Positions 30,627 to 39,684 of a stretch of DNA of 64,000 nt are shown in pieces. Positions within the stretch are counted from its first letter, which is position 1. Each line of letters opens with the position of its first letter. The notes below the pieces were generated by a model. It ran no database searches. It saw only the letters and a list, made by a program, of their open reading frames with translations, and had not been told where the DNA came from. The stretch comes from Candidatus Scalinduaceae bacterium (GTDB lineage: Bacteria; Planctomycetota; Brocadiia; Brocadiales; Scalinduaceae): contig JBHICG010000010.1 in the NCBI GenBank assembly GCA_046759445.1, forward strand, positions 1 to 64,000, read 5' to 3'. A program made the translations under genes and the position numbers.

Positions 30627-31441
30627 AGTTTAAGTACCTCCTTTATTGTAGTAAATTCAAAATCGTCTAGTAACCATTCCAGCCTTTCCTCTGTTTTTTT
30701 CAAGTTATAATAATGTCTGAACTTTTTCATAAAGGAAAGGCCTATCCGAGGCAAATCCGGATCCACTTCCCAAGGATGTAGATAAAAGACCACTGGTCTT
30801 CCATAGTTATTACATTTTCTTATACCGTATCTGGTAAAAAAATAAGGAAATACCCTGAAATACCCACCACCACTGCATGGCACGTTCTCACCGAATACAT
30901 TAAAACAGCTCAAAGGGAATTCCCAAAGGCCATCCTGTACTTTGTACGGGCCTTCTGGAACATCTGGTACGCCGTAATCAGGATGATATTTTACGGGGAA
31001 AATAGAGGAGTCGTATTTTATCTTTTGTTTTTTTAAAACGTCAAAAGCCCAAAAGGTAGCCCTGGTAATTGAAAATGAGGGAGCTCTAAAACCGATTATC
31101 TCCTGATCCGTGTACCTCCCTATAGTTTCAATTGACTTGCAAAGGTCTTTTTCGAATTCCTGAGGAGTTATCTTGGTTAATAAGGAATGGGAATAGCCAT
31201 GTGTTGCAATCTCATGGCCTTCGCTACTTATTTTCACGACAATTTCTGGGTAACGATCTGCTATCCAACCCAAAACAAAAAATGTTGCCTTAACCCCTTT
31301 ACTACTCAAAATTGACAATATCTTGAATGTATTTCGCCTTATTCTCGACTCACACTGTTCCCACTTCTTAACATCTATTATCTCACTAATATTGTTAGCA
31401 CAAAACCAATCCTCGACATCTATAGAAATAGCATTTTTCAT
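30623..31441 (-). CDS. Polysaccharide deacetylase, XrtA/PEP-CTERM system-associated type (DUF3473)
   Basis: NAISIDVEDWF, ATFFVLGWIA, GHEIATHGYSH, GFRAPSFSI, GGGYFR, FYLHPWEVDP. Confidence 0.88.
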   Translation of the reverse strand: MKNAISIDVEDWFCANNISEIIDVKKWEQCESRIRRNTFKILSILSSKGVKATFFVLGWIADRYPEIVVKISSEGHEIATHGYSHSLLTKITPQEFEKDLCKSIETIGRYTDQEIIGFRAPSFSITRATFWAFDVLKKQKIKYDSSIFPVKYHPDYGVPDVPEGPYKVQDGLWEFPLSCFNVFGENVPCSGGGYFRVFPYFFTRYGIRKCNNYGRPVVFYLHPWEVDPDLPRIGLSFMKKFRHYYNLKKTEERLEWLLDDFEFTTIKEVLKL

Positions 31442-32742
31442 AAGTTCAAAGAATTGCCTGCTGAATTTAATAAAATATCAATTATTCTACCACTTGCGTT
31501 ACCTTCACCATAAAAATCATTACAATTGACTATATCGTTATTTATGTTATTTACGACTTGAAAAGGTGGTGCTTTGTCTTCTTTATTCCTGTCAACAATT
31601 GCGTTACAATATTTAACAATCTTATTTGTATTCGCACCTGCAAGAATGTTCCAACCACTTTTCACAGTTTCTACCCATTCCGTTTCATCCCGTAAGGTAA
31701 TGCATGGGGTTTTAAAGAAATATGCCTCCTTTTGCATACCACCAGAATCGGTTGCTATAGCCATGGCATGTTTTTCCAAAAGGATTATATCGAGATAACC
31801 AAACGGTTCAGATATATCAAATGCTACTTTAATATTATGCTGTTGGATAATCTTTTGTGTACGAGGGTGTAAGGGCAAAATTATTTTTATACCTTTATCA
31901 CTTAAATAATTGAGAGCTTCCAATATACTGTTTAAACGACTTATATCATCTGTGTTTTCAGCACGATGAATTGTGCATAAAACATAAGGAACAATAGAAT
32001 TTGCATTGTATCGTAATTTTAGATTCTCAAGATTTTGAGATTTTTTCTCTGCAACACCAAGATAATATAATGCCGTGTCATACATTACATCACCTGTATT
32101 AGCAACTATATGAATAGACTTTTTATTTGAAAAATCCAATATACTATTTTTCTCGTTCTTTATGCCTTCCTTTTGTAAATTTTTCACAGCAACTTCAGTA
32201 GGGCACAGCAAAATATCAGATAATTCATCACTAACTATCCTGTTAACTTCCTCAGGCATCCGTCTGTTGTAACTCCTCAAACCTGCCTCAACATGAACTA
32301 TGACAGGACGTAATGCCTTTTTAACAAATTGATGATAAAATTCTCTTTGATTCTTTTTGCTATTTAAATCGTATCTTACTTTGCATGCAGCCAATGCACC
32401 GGCAATCGTTGAATTAGTATCGCCATACAATAAAACAATATCAGGGTATTCTTCATATATTACCTGTTCGATTCTTGAGAGCATATCACTTGTCTGAACA
32501 GCATGAGACGCAGAGCCTACTTCCAGATTATAATCAGGTCTTGGTATTTCTAAATCATCAAAAAATATTTTAGACATATTTTCGTCATAATGTTGCCCTG
32601 TATGTACTATAACCTCCTTGATCAATATCTCTAGGCCTGGATTATTATTATAATTTTTTATAGCTCTTGAGATTGCGGACGCTTTAATAAACTGTGGACG
32701 GGCACCAATAATGGTAAGTATTTTTAAGATTGCATGTTGCAT
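31438..32742 (-). CDS. wecB: UDP-N-acetylglucosamine 2-epimerase (non-hydrolysing; WecB/WbpI-like)
   Basis: IIGARPQFIK, HTGQHYD, YGDTNST, HVEAGLRS, PEEVNR, TDSGGMQKEA, RDETEW. Confidence 0.9.
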   Translation of the reverse strand: MQHAILKILTIIGARPQFIKASAISRAIKNYNNNPGLEILIKEVIVHTGQHYDENMSKIFFDDLEIPRPDYNLEVGSASHAVQTSDMLSRIEQVIYEEYPDIVLLYGDTNSTIAGALAACKVRYDLNSKKNQREFYHQFVKKALRPVIVHVEAGLRSYNRRMPEEVNRIVSDELSDILLCPTEVAVKNLQKEGIKNEKNSILDFSNKKSIHIVANTGDVMYDTALYYLGVAEKKSQNLENLKLRYNANSIVPYVLCTIHRAENTDDISRLNSILEALNYLSDKGIKIILPLHPRTQKIIQQHNIKVAFDISEPFGYLDIILLEKHAMAIATDSGGMQKEAYFFKTPCITLRDETEWVETVKSGWNILAGANTNKIVKYCNAIVDRNKEDKAPPFQVVNNINNDIVNCNDFYGEGNASGRIIDILLNSAGNSLNL

Positions 32743-32756
32743 AACTTCAGTATATA

Positions 32757-33728
32757 TTACACTCTCTCGTTTGTTAAATATTCTTCTATGTTATACTCTT
32801 TAATATCCCTGGCATGGGTAAAAATTATTATCTCTCCAACTAGGCCAATAGACAAGGTCTGGATACCTAAAACCATTAATATGACCCCCAGCAGCAAAAG
32901 GGGTCTGTCTGCTATTCCACCAAATCCTAAAATTTTGTAAAAAGAAAGGTAACCGTTTATAATACCTCCTACTCCAAACAATGCTATTCCTATTAATCCA
33001 AAAAAGCGAAGTGGCTTCATGGTAAATTTTGATATAAAAAATACTGTCAGTATATCAAGCAAGCGACGGATATATGTTCCTGAACCTACTAATCTTATAG
33101 TAGTATCTTCTATTCTTTGTCTTGCTTTCACTTCCTTTATCTTAAAACCATGTTTATGTGCCAATATTGGTATAAACCTGTGCAAATCTCCGTATAGTTG
33201 AATTTCATCAAAGACCTTTTTCTTCATGCCTTTAAGTCCGCAGCTAATATCATGAAAATGTGTTGAGGTTATTTTCGACATTATCCAGTGAAAAATTAAA
33301 GATTGAAGCCTATTCAATTTTGAATCAATTCTTGGATAGCGCCTGGTTAATACAAGGTCATAGCCATTATTCAATTTATTCCAAATGGTATTTATGGTTT
33401 CTGGTTCTACCTGGAAATATGATGCTAGAGTAAAAATATAATCCCCCTGAGCCTTTTCAGCTCCAACAGATAGCGCAATCGATTCACCAAAGTTTTTAAC
33501 AAGCTTAATGATTTTTATGGATGGATGCCTAGTTTTCAACTTTTTTAAATCCTCAAATGCTTCAAAGAACCCTCCATCTACTACAAAAATAAATTCATAG
33601 GATTTGTCGAGTTTATCAAACGCTGATGAGTACTCGGAATATAGTTTGTGAAAGTTATCGTATCGTTCTACTACTGGAACAATAACTGAGATATCGATAC
33701 CCTTATTATCAGTCATAATCTTTTCCAA
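32757..33728 (-). CDS. GT2 polyprenol-phosphate glycosyltransferase-like protein lacking the DxD motif
   Basis: Clear paralog of 34117-35067 (LYGDLHRFIP, KPLRFFG), but VVDGG / TLASYFQ replace VDDGS / SMDGDLQ. Confidence 0.75.
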   Translation of the reverse strand: MEKIMTDNKGIDISVIVPVVERYDNFHKLYSEYSSAFDKLDKSYEFIFVVDGGFFEAFEDLKKLKTRHPSIKIIKLVKNFGESIALSVGAEKAQGDYIFTLASYFQVEPETINTIWNKLNNGYDLVLTRRYPRIDSKLNRLQSLIFHWIMSKITSTHFHDISCGLKGMKKKVFDEIQLYGDLHRFIPILAHKHGFKIKEVKARQRIEDTTIRLVGSGTYIRRLLDILTVFFISKFTMKPLRFFGLIGIALFGVGGIINGYLSFYKILGFGGIADRPLLLLGVILMVLGIQTLSIGLVGEIIIFTHARDIKEYNIEEYLTNERV

Positions 33729-33780
33729 TTAATTCAAGTAAGTTTTTCAGCAATTAGTAAGAGTCAATTAATTTGCAACG

Positions 33781-34089
33781 TTCCGGGTTGCGAGTTAAAT
33801 AGAAAAATCTAAATGGAAAAATAATAATTAAAACTATTTTTGTCTTAGTTTCTTTTGTACGGTAATAATTGATTGGCCTATAATGGTACTTAACTTTTCC
33901 GCTTCATTAAGTATATCTTTTAACTTATTGGCAGGAATTAATTTTATGTGTCACTCCCGAAAAACAACCTACCTGGTTAGTAAACAAAGAATTTGACCCT
34001 GACTTTCGTCAGGACATGTTTACATCGTTCGTTGTGCCACAGAAAGACATGAGAGTTTAACACGTAACCCGAAACTCGCAACTAGCAAC
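33781..34089. repeat. Inverted degenerate heptamer repeats bracketing the four-helix-bundle remnant
   Basis: TTCCGGG-TTGCGAG-TT (33781-33796) versus AACACGT-AACCCGA-AACTCGC-AACTAGC-AAC (34059-34089); perfect 10-bp IR GTTGCGAGTT/AACTCGCAAC. Confidence 0.6.
33834..33950 (-). pseudogene. C-terminal remnant of a four-helix-bundle protein gene
   Basis: My translation HIKLIPANKLKDILNEAEKLSTIIGQSIITVQKKLRQK*; no start; flanked by inverted heptamer-type repeats. Confidence 0.5.
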
Positions 34090-34116
34090 CATAAATCCAT
34101 TTATGTCCTTTAATTT

Positions 34117-35067
34117 TTACAACACCTCAATTGCTACCTTTTTAACTATATCTTTCTGCTTAAAATCACCAGTCTTAAGGACCATTTCGCTAAGCATGCC
34201 TAACAGTATCATATGTACAAAAAGAAAAATAAACAAAAAGGATATTGAAGGGAAGATTATGGGAAATGAACTAAAAATAAATGGATTTAAATATAAATTT
34301 ATTGAGAATAACATAAACATAGTTCCCATTATTAGAAAGGGAAGACTCAACATTCCAAACAAGAGGCTGGGCTTTGTTGAAAATCCAACCAACATCTTTA
34401 CCGTAAATATATCAAGAAAGACTTTCCATATTCTTGATAGCCCATATTTACTAGTTCCAAATTTTCTAGCATGATGGTTAACTACAATTTCAGTATACTT
34501 TATTCCTACAATGGACGTCATTGCAGGGATAAAACGATGCATCTCGGAATATAATCTGATTTTCTTTATAGTTGCACTCCGGTACGCCTTCAAAGAACAG
34601 CCGTTATCGTGAATCTTTACACCAGTAACTTGCCCAATCAACCGATTGGCAATTTTTGAAGGAATCTTACGAGAGACTAATTTATCTTTCCGATTCTTTC
34701 TCCATCCGCATACTATGTCGTAACCTTCTTCAATCTTTTCAAGAAATTTAGGTATATCTTTTGGGTCATTTTGTAAGTCTCCATCCATGCTTACGACAGT
34801 TCTACCCTTTGCATGATCAAAACCCGCTTGCATGGCAGGGGTTTGGCCATAATTTTTTCTAAATTTTATCACCTTCAGATAAGGGTCTTTTTCATGGATG
34901 GTCTTAGCTCGTTCAAAGGTTTCATCACTACTTCCATCATCAACGAAGATGATTTCGTAACTCCTGTTTAAGCCCTTCATCACTTCGGTTATAGAATCAT
35001 AAAGACGGATGATACTTTCCTCTTCGTTGTAAAGAGGAACCACGACTGAAATATCTATTTCAGGCAT
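34117..35067 (-). CDS. GT2 polyprenol-phosphate glycosyltransferase (ArnC/DPM-like)
   Basis: SVVVPLYNEE, FVDDGSSD, RKNYGQT, SMDGDLQNDP, LYSEMHRFIP; two C-terminal TMs. Confidence 0.9.
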   Translation of the reverse strand: MPEIDISVVVPLYNEEESIIRLYDSITEVMKGLNRSYEIIFVDDGSSDETFERAKTIHEKDPYLKVIKFRKNYGQTPAMQAGFDHAKGRTVVSMDGDLQNDPKDIPKFLEKIEEGYDIVCGWRKNRKDKLVSRKIPSKIANRLIGQVTGVKIHDNGCSLKAYRSATIKKIRLYSEMHRFIPAMTSIVGIKYTEIVVNHHARKFGTSKYGLSRIWKVFLDIFTVKMLVGFSTKPSLLFGMLSLPFLIMGTMFMLFSINLYLNPFIFSSFPIIFPSISFLFIFLFVHMILLGMLSEMVLKTGDFKQKDIVKKVAIEVL

Positions 35068-35235
35068 ATTAACCCTCGATTGAAAAATAGTAGATATATG
35101 AAACTTGACATATATGGTTTCATAAATTTATTTAGTCAAGTCTTAAAATACTCTATTGTTTTCTTAAAACCCTTATTCAAAGTTTTTATATAATATGTAA
35201 ATTTGATATAACTTCTAATATTTGTTTACTTTAAG

Positions 35236-35730
35236 TGGGCGTAGCTCCGCCCTCTAAGTTACATCTTAGGATGTAACTTACAGGATGATTTCATCTAAAT
35301 AATATCTTATCGGCTGAGCGAGTCATTCAGACATATGCCGTAAAATGTCGCAGAACTCAGAACACAAATTTCATATAACAGTTACGATTACAAGGCTCGT
35401 TTTGTGCGTTGCTTTATAGTTGCATAATGTGGATTGATTTCAATATTGTCTTGTTATAAACATATTTAACTGCTAAAAATTGGAATTATAAGTTTATTCG
35501 CAAATGTTTTGCCCAAGATCTGGCAATTTTGTAAAGATAAACTTTAAAATATATAACTTATGCACACATAACTAATTATGAATATAATGAAATACCTGAT
35601 TATTTTCCAAATGTCATCTGATGTTTACAAAAATCAACACTTCTTTTTTTAACTTTCATAACACATTGCTAATGCAAGAGATAAGAATATCCAACAAAAG
35701 CTGACAGAATGTTACCTTTTTGAATATTTT
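35236..35730 (-). promoter_or_regulatory. Conserved regulatory cassette copy B
   Basis: Minus strand TGGGCAAAACATTTGCG 35499-35515; TGT-N12-ACA 35622-35639; leader with perfect TAAGTTACATC-N4-GATGTAACTTA hairpin followed by GAGGGCGGAGCTACGCCC, 35236-35280. Confidence 0.8.
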
Positions 35731-36327
35731 TGAATATTTGGAATTAGCATTTAGGTGGGAATCACTTTTAGGAGAAATGTCTAAGACTTAATAACTCATA
35801 ATATTGGATAATAAATCGCTAACGGTCATGTGATTTCGAGCTTTGAAATGAGGATTTTGGATTTATATTCTTTACTCAACAATTCGATATATGCAATCAG
35901 CAATTTAAATGAATACGTTAATAAAAACCTGTTCCTGGTTCAGAAATTTTTATCAACAGGATTTCTCTAATTTCGGTGTGGGTTACGGTTAGGATTACCA
36001 ACTCGACAAGCATTCTGGCGCGGGAGGTCGGTGTAATATCGGGTTCCCGTCCGAACCGGTCTAGCCAGGGGTTAAAGCAAAAAGTAACCAACTACTTAAT
36101 CCATTGACCAAACATGCCTCTTGTTAAGTCGTTAGGTTAAGATAAAGATGCAAAATAGTACATGTTTTTGTTCTGGCTTGTTTAGGTTAGGCTTAAGATA
36201 AGTCACTTTATTCCGTCAAAGAAAGCTTCAGATAAAGTTGGTAATTCGCTCTGTGGGATTACCCAATGGGATAAAGCTAAATGAGGGGTGATACAGTTTT
36301 ACCTGTAAGACTGGTCTAGCCGCCATC

Positions 36328-38469
36328 TCATGGCATCAAAAACAATCCTGTTGGAGGTGGTGGCGGGGTTGTGTCGGGAGCTGAACCTGTTTCTTGCCCT
36401 ACTATCATAACTGTATACATAGGTCCACTACCTTCATTACCACCAAGCGTAATTTCACCTGCTTGAAAACCCTTGACAAATAGACTAAATGAAACATTAG
36501 TTATGTTGACATCTTCACCAGTGTCAACGAACGATGTCAACCATGATGGTTTTGCAGTAATTTTATTAGCATGAGCCACATACACTTTAACATCCTGATT
36601 CACGTCAAAGGAAAGGAATGAGTTACCGCTAGAGACTTTATCATCATTGGCCGTCTTGATATACAGGGCTCCTTCTACTAGAGCAGGTACATTACTATAT
36701 ATGTATGTTCGGTCTATGTAGGCAAGTTCTCCATTGTGGATTCCACTCTGGACAACCTCGTATTGCTTATTACTGGCTACGGCTAGGTTACTTATTACTA
36801 ATTGAGATACAAATGTGTAGTTCTTAGTGGTATTGGGAGCAATCACATTGGGGACGCTTGCTTGGTCTTTTACGTTGTTGATGGTTAATGTATAAGAAAG
36901 TCCTTCTGTATGCGGACTTGTGGTTAGAGTTACGGTTTTTAAATCAGAAGAAAGTGTTGCAGATGAAATAATGATACTATTGTCAATATTGTAATTAGCC
37001 ACACTTGTCGCGCTTGTTTGTTCTACGGCTTCGCTTAAAGCTACAATAACTTGTGTAGGATCACTGCTTGCAGTCGCAGAAATTATTGTCGGTGGGGTTG
37101 TGTCTAAAAAGGTTGTTTCTGAAACCGAAGTGCTCTTTATTCCCTCAAGTCCTGCTCCATTTACGGCTGAGACCTCGTAAGCATATGTGGTGCCCTCACT
37201 AAGTTCTGTGTCTGAAAAAGAGGTTGTGGTGGACTGTCCGACGTTTACGCTGTCTCTGTAAATCTTATAGTTACTGATACCTGATTCAGTATCATTTGCT
37301 CCCTGCCAGGAAAGATCAATCTGGTTCTCACTTTGGGCAGCAGCGTTCAGGTTTTGAGGAGTTGAGGGGGGGGTGGGATCAGAAACTGCAGATACTACAA
37401 AGCTTCCCTTTACTGTATTCCATGAGTCAGAACTACCAATGCCTGTAAAAATAATCGTAAAATCCTTTCCATCTGCACTCAACCACTTGTTGGAAAAATT
37501 CCAGAAAAAGGCACTACTGAAGCCTCCCCAGTTATCATAATATCCAACTGTCGTCCATGGTCCCCATGGCTCTGGAGCATCAAAGATGCCGAGATTGCCG
37601 TCAAAAGTGTCCGTGTGTTCTGTGGAAAGAAGGTAGCGCTTCAAACCGGCATTATAGCTGACGCTGACAGTCCAGCCAACGCCATTTAGATCCTCAAAAA
37701 CGGGCTTGCGGGCGGAGAGGTTGCTCGTCCAGACAGGATTTCCATTTCTATCGAGCTCTACAAAGAACTCATACGCATTTTTGTTCATAATTTGGTCTTT
37801 TGGAACTCGCGCTAAGTCAATCTGTCCCGGCTTGAATACCTTGAAACTCCCGACATCGGCATGGATGAAATAACTATAAACATAATTGTCGCGTGCACCG
37901 GCGTAATCCCTACCATAATTCAAAAAAGTACCAGAAACTAGATTGAGAGAAGGAGGAAAATCCCAGTTGGCTTTTGTCCACGTAGCCCCATGATCAGTGG
38001 ACATAGCTAGCTTGGCATGAGTGCTATCCATCTGGCGCAGCCACATGTATAGAATACCATCGATGGAGAGAATCCCATAACTTTTTCCTCCAAACTGAGC
38101 AGGGTTCTCAGGGCTTTTGCCTCCCCATACGTTGAAACCTTTATAGCTTGTGCTTGAGCCTTCTATTCTGGCCACACCAAGACTGACTCTGCCGCTAGTA
38201 TTCGAGCCACCGAAGCCCCCTCCGTCTCCCCAAGAGGTATACTGATGATTGTCATCTGCCCATGTTATTGGCCAGTTATCACTTCCTGATGCTTTCTCAA
38301 TGTGCGAAGAAAAGTTCCATACGATATCAGACACGATAGGACTTGGAGGATATGGTGAATCCAAGGCAAAAACATCTTTTATATTATGCATGGTAGTAAA
38401 TATCACGCTTATTATAAAAATCAATTTAAAAAATCTTGTAAATTTTATGAAAGCATAATATTGTGACAT
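36328..38469 (-). CDS. Secreted multidomain protein: DUF4185-like N-terminal domain, fibronectin type III, Ig-like and C-terminal beta domains
   Basis: Signal-like N-terminus; GSDNWPITWADD..WGDGGGFGG; DAPEPWGPWTTV; Fn3 PSTPQNL..IDLSW..YKIYRD..YAYEVSAVN. Confidence 0.7.
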   Translation of the reverse strand: MSQYYAFIKFTRFFKLIFIISVIFTTMHNIKDVFALDSPYPPSPIVSDIVWNFSSHIEKASGSDNWPITWADDNHQYTSWGDGGGFGGSNTSGRVSLGVARIEGSSTSYKGFNVWGGKSPENPAQFGGKSYGILSIDGILYMWLRQMDSTHAKLAMSTDHGATWTKANWDFPPSLNLVSGTFLNYGRDYAGARDNYVYSYFIHADVGSFKVFKPGQIDLARVPKDQIMNKNAYEFFVELDRNGNPVWTSNLSARKPVFEDLNGVGWTVSVSYNAGLKRYLLSTEHTDTFDGNLGIFDAPEPWGPWTTVGYYDNWGGFSSAFFWNFSNKWLSADGKDFTIIFTGIGSSDSWNTVKGSFVVSAVSDPTPPSTPQNLNAAAQSENQIDLSWQGANDTESGISNYKIYRDSVNVGQSTTTSFSDTELSEGTTYAYEVSAVNGAGLEGIKSTSVSETTFLDTTPPTIISATASSDPTQVIVALSEAVEQTSATSVANYNIDNSIIISSATLSSDLKTVTLTTSPHTEGLSYTLTINNVKDQASVPNVIAPNTTKNYTFVSQLVISNLAVASNKQYEVVQSGIHNGELAYIDRTYIYSNVPALVEGALYIKTANDDKVSSGNSFLSFDVNQDVKVYVAHANKITAKPSWLTSFVDTGEDVNITNVSFSLFVKGFQAGEITLGGNEGSGPMYTVMIVGQETGSAPDTTPPPPPTGLFLMP

Positions 38470-38693
38470 AAACGTATCTCCTCTAATTTACCTTATTTAA
38501 ATTTTTTTGATAGATCAAATCTGTCTCGTACCTAAAATACTAAAGCAATCATTTAAAAACAGTTTTTCAAATTACAACTTCACTAAACGACAGAAGGAAC
38601 AACTGAATCGTATAGTTGATTTTTACTAATTATAATTTGTTTCGGAACAAAAAAATAACGAATATCAAATAATCAAAACTTTTTGAATGATTT

Positions 38694-38870
38694 CGCAAAG
38701 GAAATGCCAAAGAATTGGTTATTTTGTAAATAGTTGATATAAAATAAAAATGATACCAATGGTAGGCTTTGATATTGTAACTTTTAGAACTTTTTCCACC
38801 AAAAACAATTATTTTGATAAAAGATTAAAAAATGTATTCATACAATTAATTGTGTATAATATTGATACAC
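38694..38870 (-). promoter_or_regulatory. Separate sigma-54 promoter with IHF site and upstream palindrome, serving 36328-38469
   Basis: Minus strand TTGGCATTTCCTTTGCG 38694-38710; TATCAACTATTTA 38727-38739; GTGTAT-N7-ATACAC 38852-38870. Confidence 0.7.
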
Positions 38871-39628
38871 TTAAAAGTAATAATTAACTACATAGCCAAA
38901 GAGGAGCATTTTTTAAAATTATGCGGCGCTATGTTGTGTTGTTAAATTTAACTATAGAACTTATTTCATTTTACGTTGGCATAGATTTACTGTCACTAAA
39001 ATTAACATGAATGGTAATGTGATGATAAAGCTCAAGAAAAATTACATACAAATTATTAATTGAAAATACCCCATCCAGCAATTGCCCAATAGTAGCATTA
39101 TCTAATTCAGAGTGCATAATAGGAGGTAATATTGGGTAGGGTGAAATATAATATTCACAACTCAATGGGTAAAAAAGTGGTATTCCTAGTGGAGGCCTTC
39201 CATTGATGGACATATAGTCTAAGAACAAATGAGAACAATAAAGGCTAAAATAGAGGAAGAAATCTCTCTTTATATGTTGTTTTCCTTTGCAGTTAAAAAT
39301 TAATGCTAAAATAATGGAAAATAAGATCCTATTCTAAGACTATGACTAATTCCATGGTGGAATAAATTCGGTTTTCCCATTAATATTCCTTGAATGAAAT
39401 CAAGTTCGGGTGCACTTGCAATGAGGCAAAGAGGATTATTGTTCGTATTTCATTATCTACAAGTGTTTTAGATATGAATGATGCTATAATATAACACCAG
39501 GGAGTGTCCGAAAGGTGATGACAATTTATGTAATTCCAGTACTTTAAAAATATTTGTCTTATAGCTTTAGATATTTCGGTATATATGATTTCCTTAATAG
39601 CTTCACAATATATATAAGTCAAAGTAAA

Positions 39629-39658
39629 TATCCCCGCCTAAAATGACGGGGTATTCAC
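39629..39658. repeat. IS200/IS605-end-like imperfect hairpin; may also act as terminator after the serine hydrolase
   Basis: ATCCCCGCC-TAAAAT-GACGGGGTATTCAC. Confidence 0.4.
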
Positions 39659-39684
39659 GTTATGTTTTTCATAAATACAATCAG

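Noticed and set aside
38971..39622. Two short minus-strand ORFs (85 and 80 aa)
   Set aside because: No recognisable motifs, RBS or typical composition; probably spurious or heavily decayed
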